Source: a virus (taxonomy: Duplodnaviria; Caudoviricetes). From it: a stretch of 54,612 bases of DNA. The notes beneath the pieces were generated by a model that did not search any database, was not told the DNA's origin, and worked only from the letters and a program-made list of their open reading frames with translations. Positions 53,944 to 54,612 of the stretch are shown piece after piece; the first letter of the stretch is position 1; the number at the start of each line of letters is the position of its first letter. The position numbers and the translations under genes are program-made. Location of the stretch: IMG/VR virus record IMGVR_UViG_3300020474_000018, positions 1 through 54,612 of that record. One strand, 5' to 3'.

Positions 53944-54612
53944 ATGAACTACGGCTATGCTTGTATCAACGAGACACTTGGACGAGGCCCTAAGAAGACT
54001 CGCGTCACAACTAACCGATCTATGATCAAACGAACATTCAAAGAGAAGGGTATCAAGTACGCATCTGAGCTTGCACTTCAAAACGTCAAGGACTTGGTGA
54101 AGATTCTTGCGTGGAATGAAGAGAACGACATTAAATTCTATCGCATGTCCTCCGACATTTTCCCGTGGTGTTCAGAATACAACTACTATGACCTACCCCA
54201 CTACAGAGAGATCAAGTATTGGCTACGGTACGCGGGTGACTATGCCAAAGAGTGGGGGCATCGCTTGACCTTTCACCCTGGGCCATTCTGCTGCTTGGCT
54301 TCGCCAAACTTCGAAGTTGTGGAGAAAACATACAAGGAACTCAACAACCACTCTCGCATCTTCGACATGATGGGCTTCGAGCCAAGCCACTACAACAAGA
54401 TCAACATCCATGTCGGCGGCACATACGGTGATAAGGGCAAAACAGCAAAAAGATTCATTGAGAACTTCAACAGACCTGGCGGACTTGATGAAAACACCAA
54501 GAAACGTTTCACACTAGAGAATGACGACAAAGCCTCTATGTGGAGCACAAAGGAGATTTATGATTACATTCACCACGAAACTGGAATCCCGATTGTTTTC
54601 GATTACCATCAT
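53944..54612 (+). CDS. uvsE: UV-damage endonuclease, truncated by the window end
   Basis: Own translation MNYGYACIN...FYRMSSDIFPW...RLTFHPGPF...KINIHVGG...LENDDK...PIVFDYHH. Confidence 0.93.
   Translation, partial: MNYGYACINETLGRGPKKTRVTTNRSMIKRTFKEKGIKYASELALQNVKDLVKILAWNEENDIKFYRMSSDIFPWCSEYNYYDLPHYREIKYWLRYAGDYAKEWGHRLTFHPGPFCCLASPNFEVVEKTYKELNNHSRIFDMMGFEPSHYNKINIHVGGTYGDKGKTAKRFIENFNRPGGLDENTKKRFTLENDDKASMWSTKEIYDYIHHETGIPIVFDYHH

Noticed and set aside
1-54612. Alternative genetic code (stop-codon reassignment) as in some large phages
   Set aside because: Conserved genes are full-length in code 11, and TAG, TGA and TAA all end genes at expected positions
1-54612. CRISPR array, tRNA or rRNA genes
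   Set aside because: No regularly spaced direct repeats or cloverleaf sequences seen; intergenic gaps are short (by eye only, tRNAscan not run)

Overview
A 54.6-kb segment of a large, AT-rich tailed phage with a contractile tail and T4-like virion gene order, read in the standard genetic code. All convincing genes but one are on the + strand. About 1-19 kb is the virion module: neck gp13/gp14-like, tail terminator gp15-like, a 1726-aa fibre-like protein, sheath, tube, tail chaperone, tape measure and baseplate. About 19-41 kb is replication and nucleotide metabolism with a bacterial-style replisome: mini-PolA, tubulin/FtsZ-like protein, MTase, DUF262-HNH, SSB, RecA, 5'-3' nuclease, DnaB-like helicase, NrdJ, IscA, GroES, ThyX, a Cys-rich vWA lipoprotein, DnaE, dUTPase and a GuaB-like enzyme. 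About 41-54.6 kb mixes putative head-packaged proteins with ClpP, GroEL, glutaredoxin, Hsp20, Smr and UvsE. Two promoter classes are visible: sigma70-like TTGACA-N16-18-TAnnnT before replication and accessory genes, and a recurring ACTA(T/A/G)TTAT motif before virion-type genes. The best leads are (1) unrelated proteins sharing a KLIME(N/S)WRxF N-terminal leader and the late motif, a possible capsid-targeting cargo system; (2) a fibre gene with a ZU5 domain followed by an in-frame copy of its own ribosome-binding site; (3) a probable +1 frameshift in the tail chaperone; (4) a ROSE-type RNA thermometer on hsp20; (5) a mini-PolA plus degenerate tubulin unit; and (6) a myxobacterial-style vWA lipoprotein. 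All family assignments come from motif recognition by eye; no database search was run.
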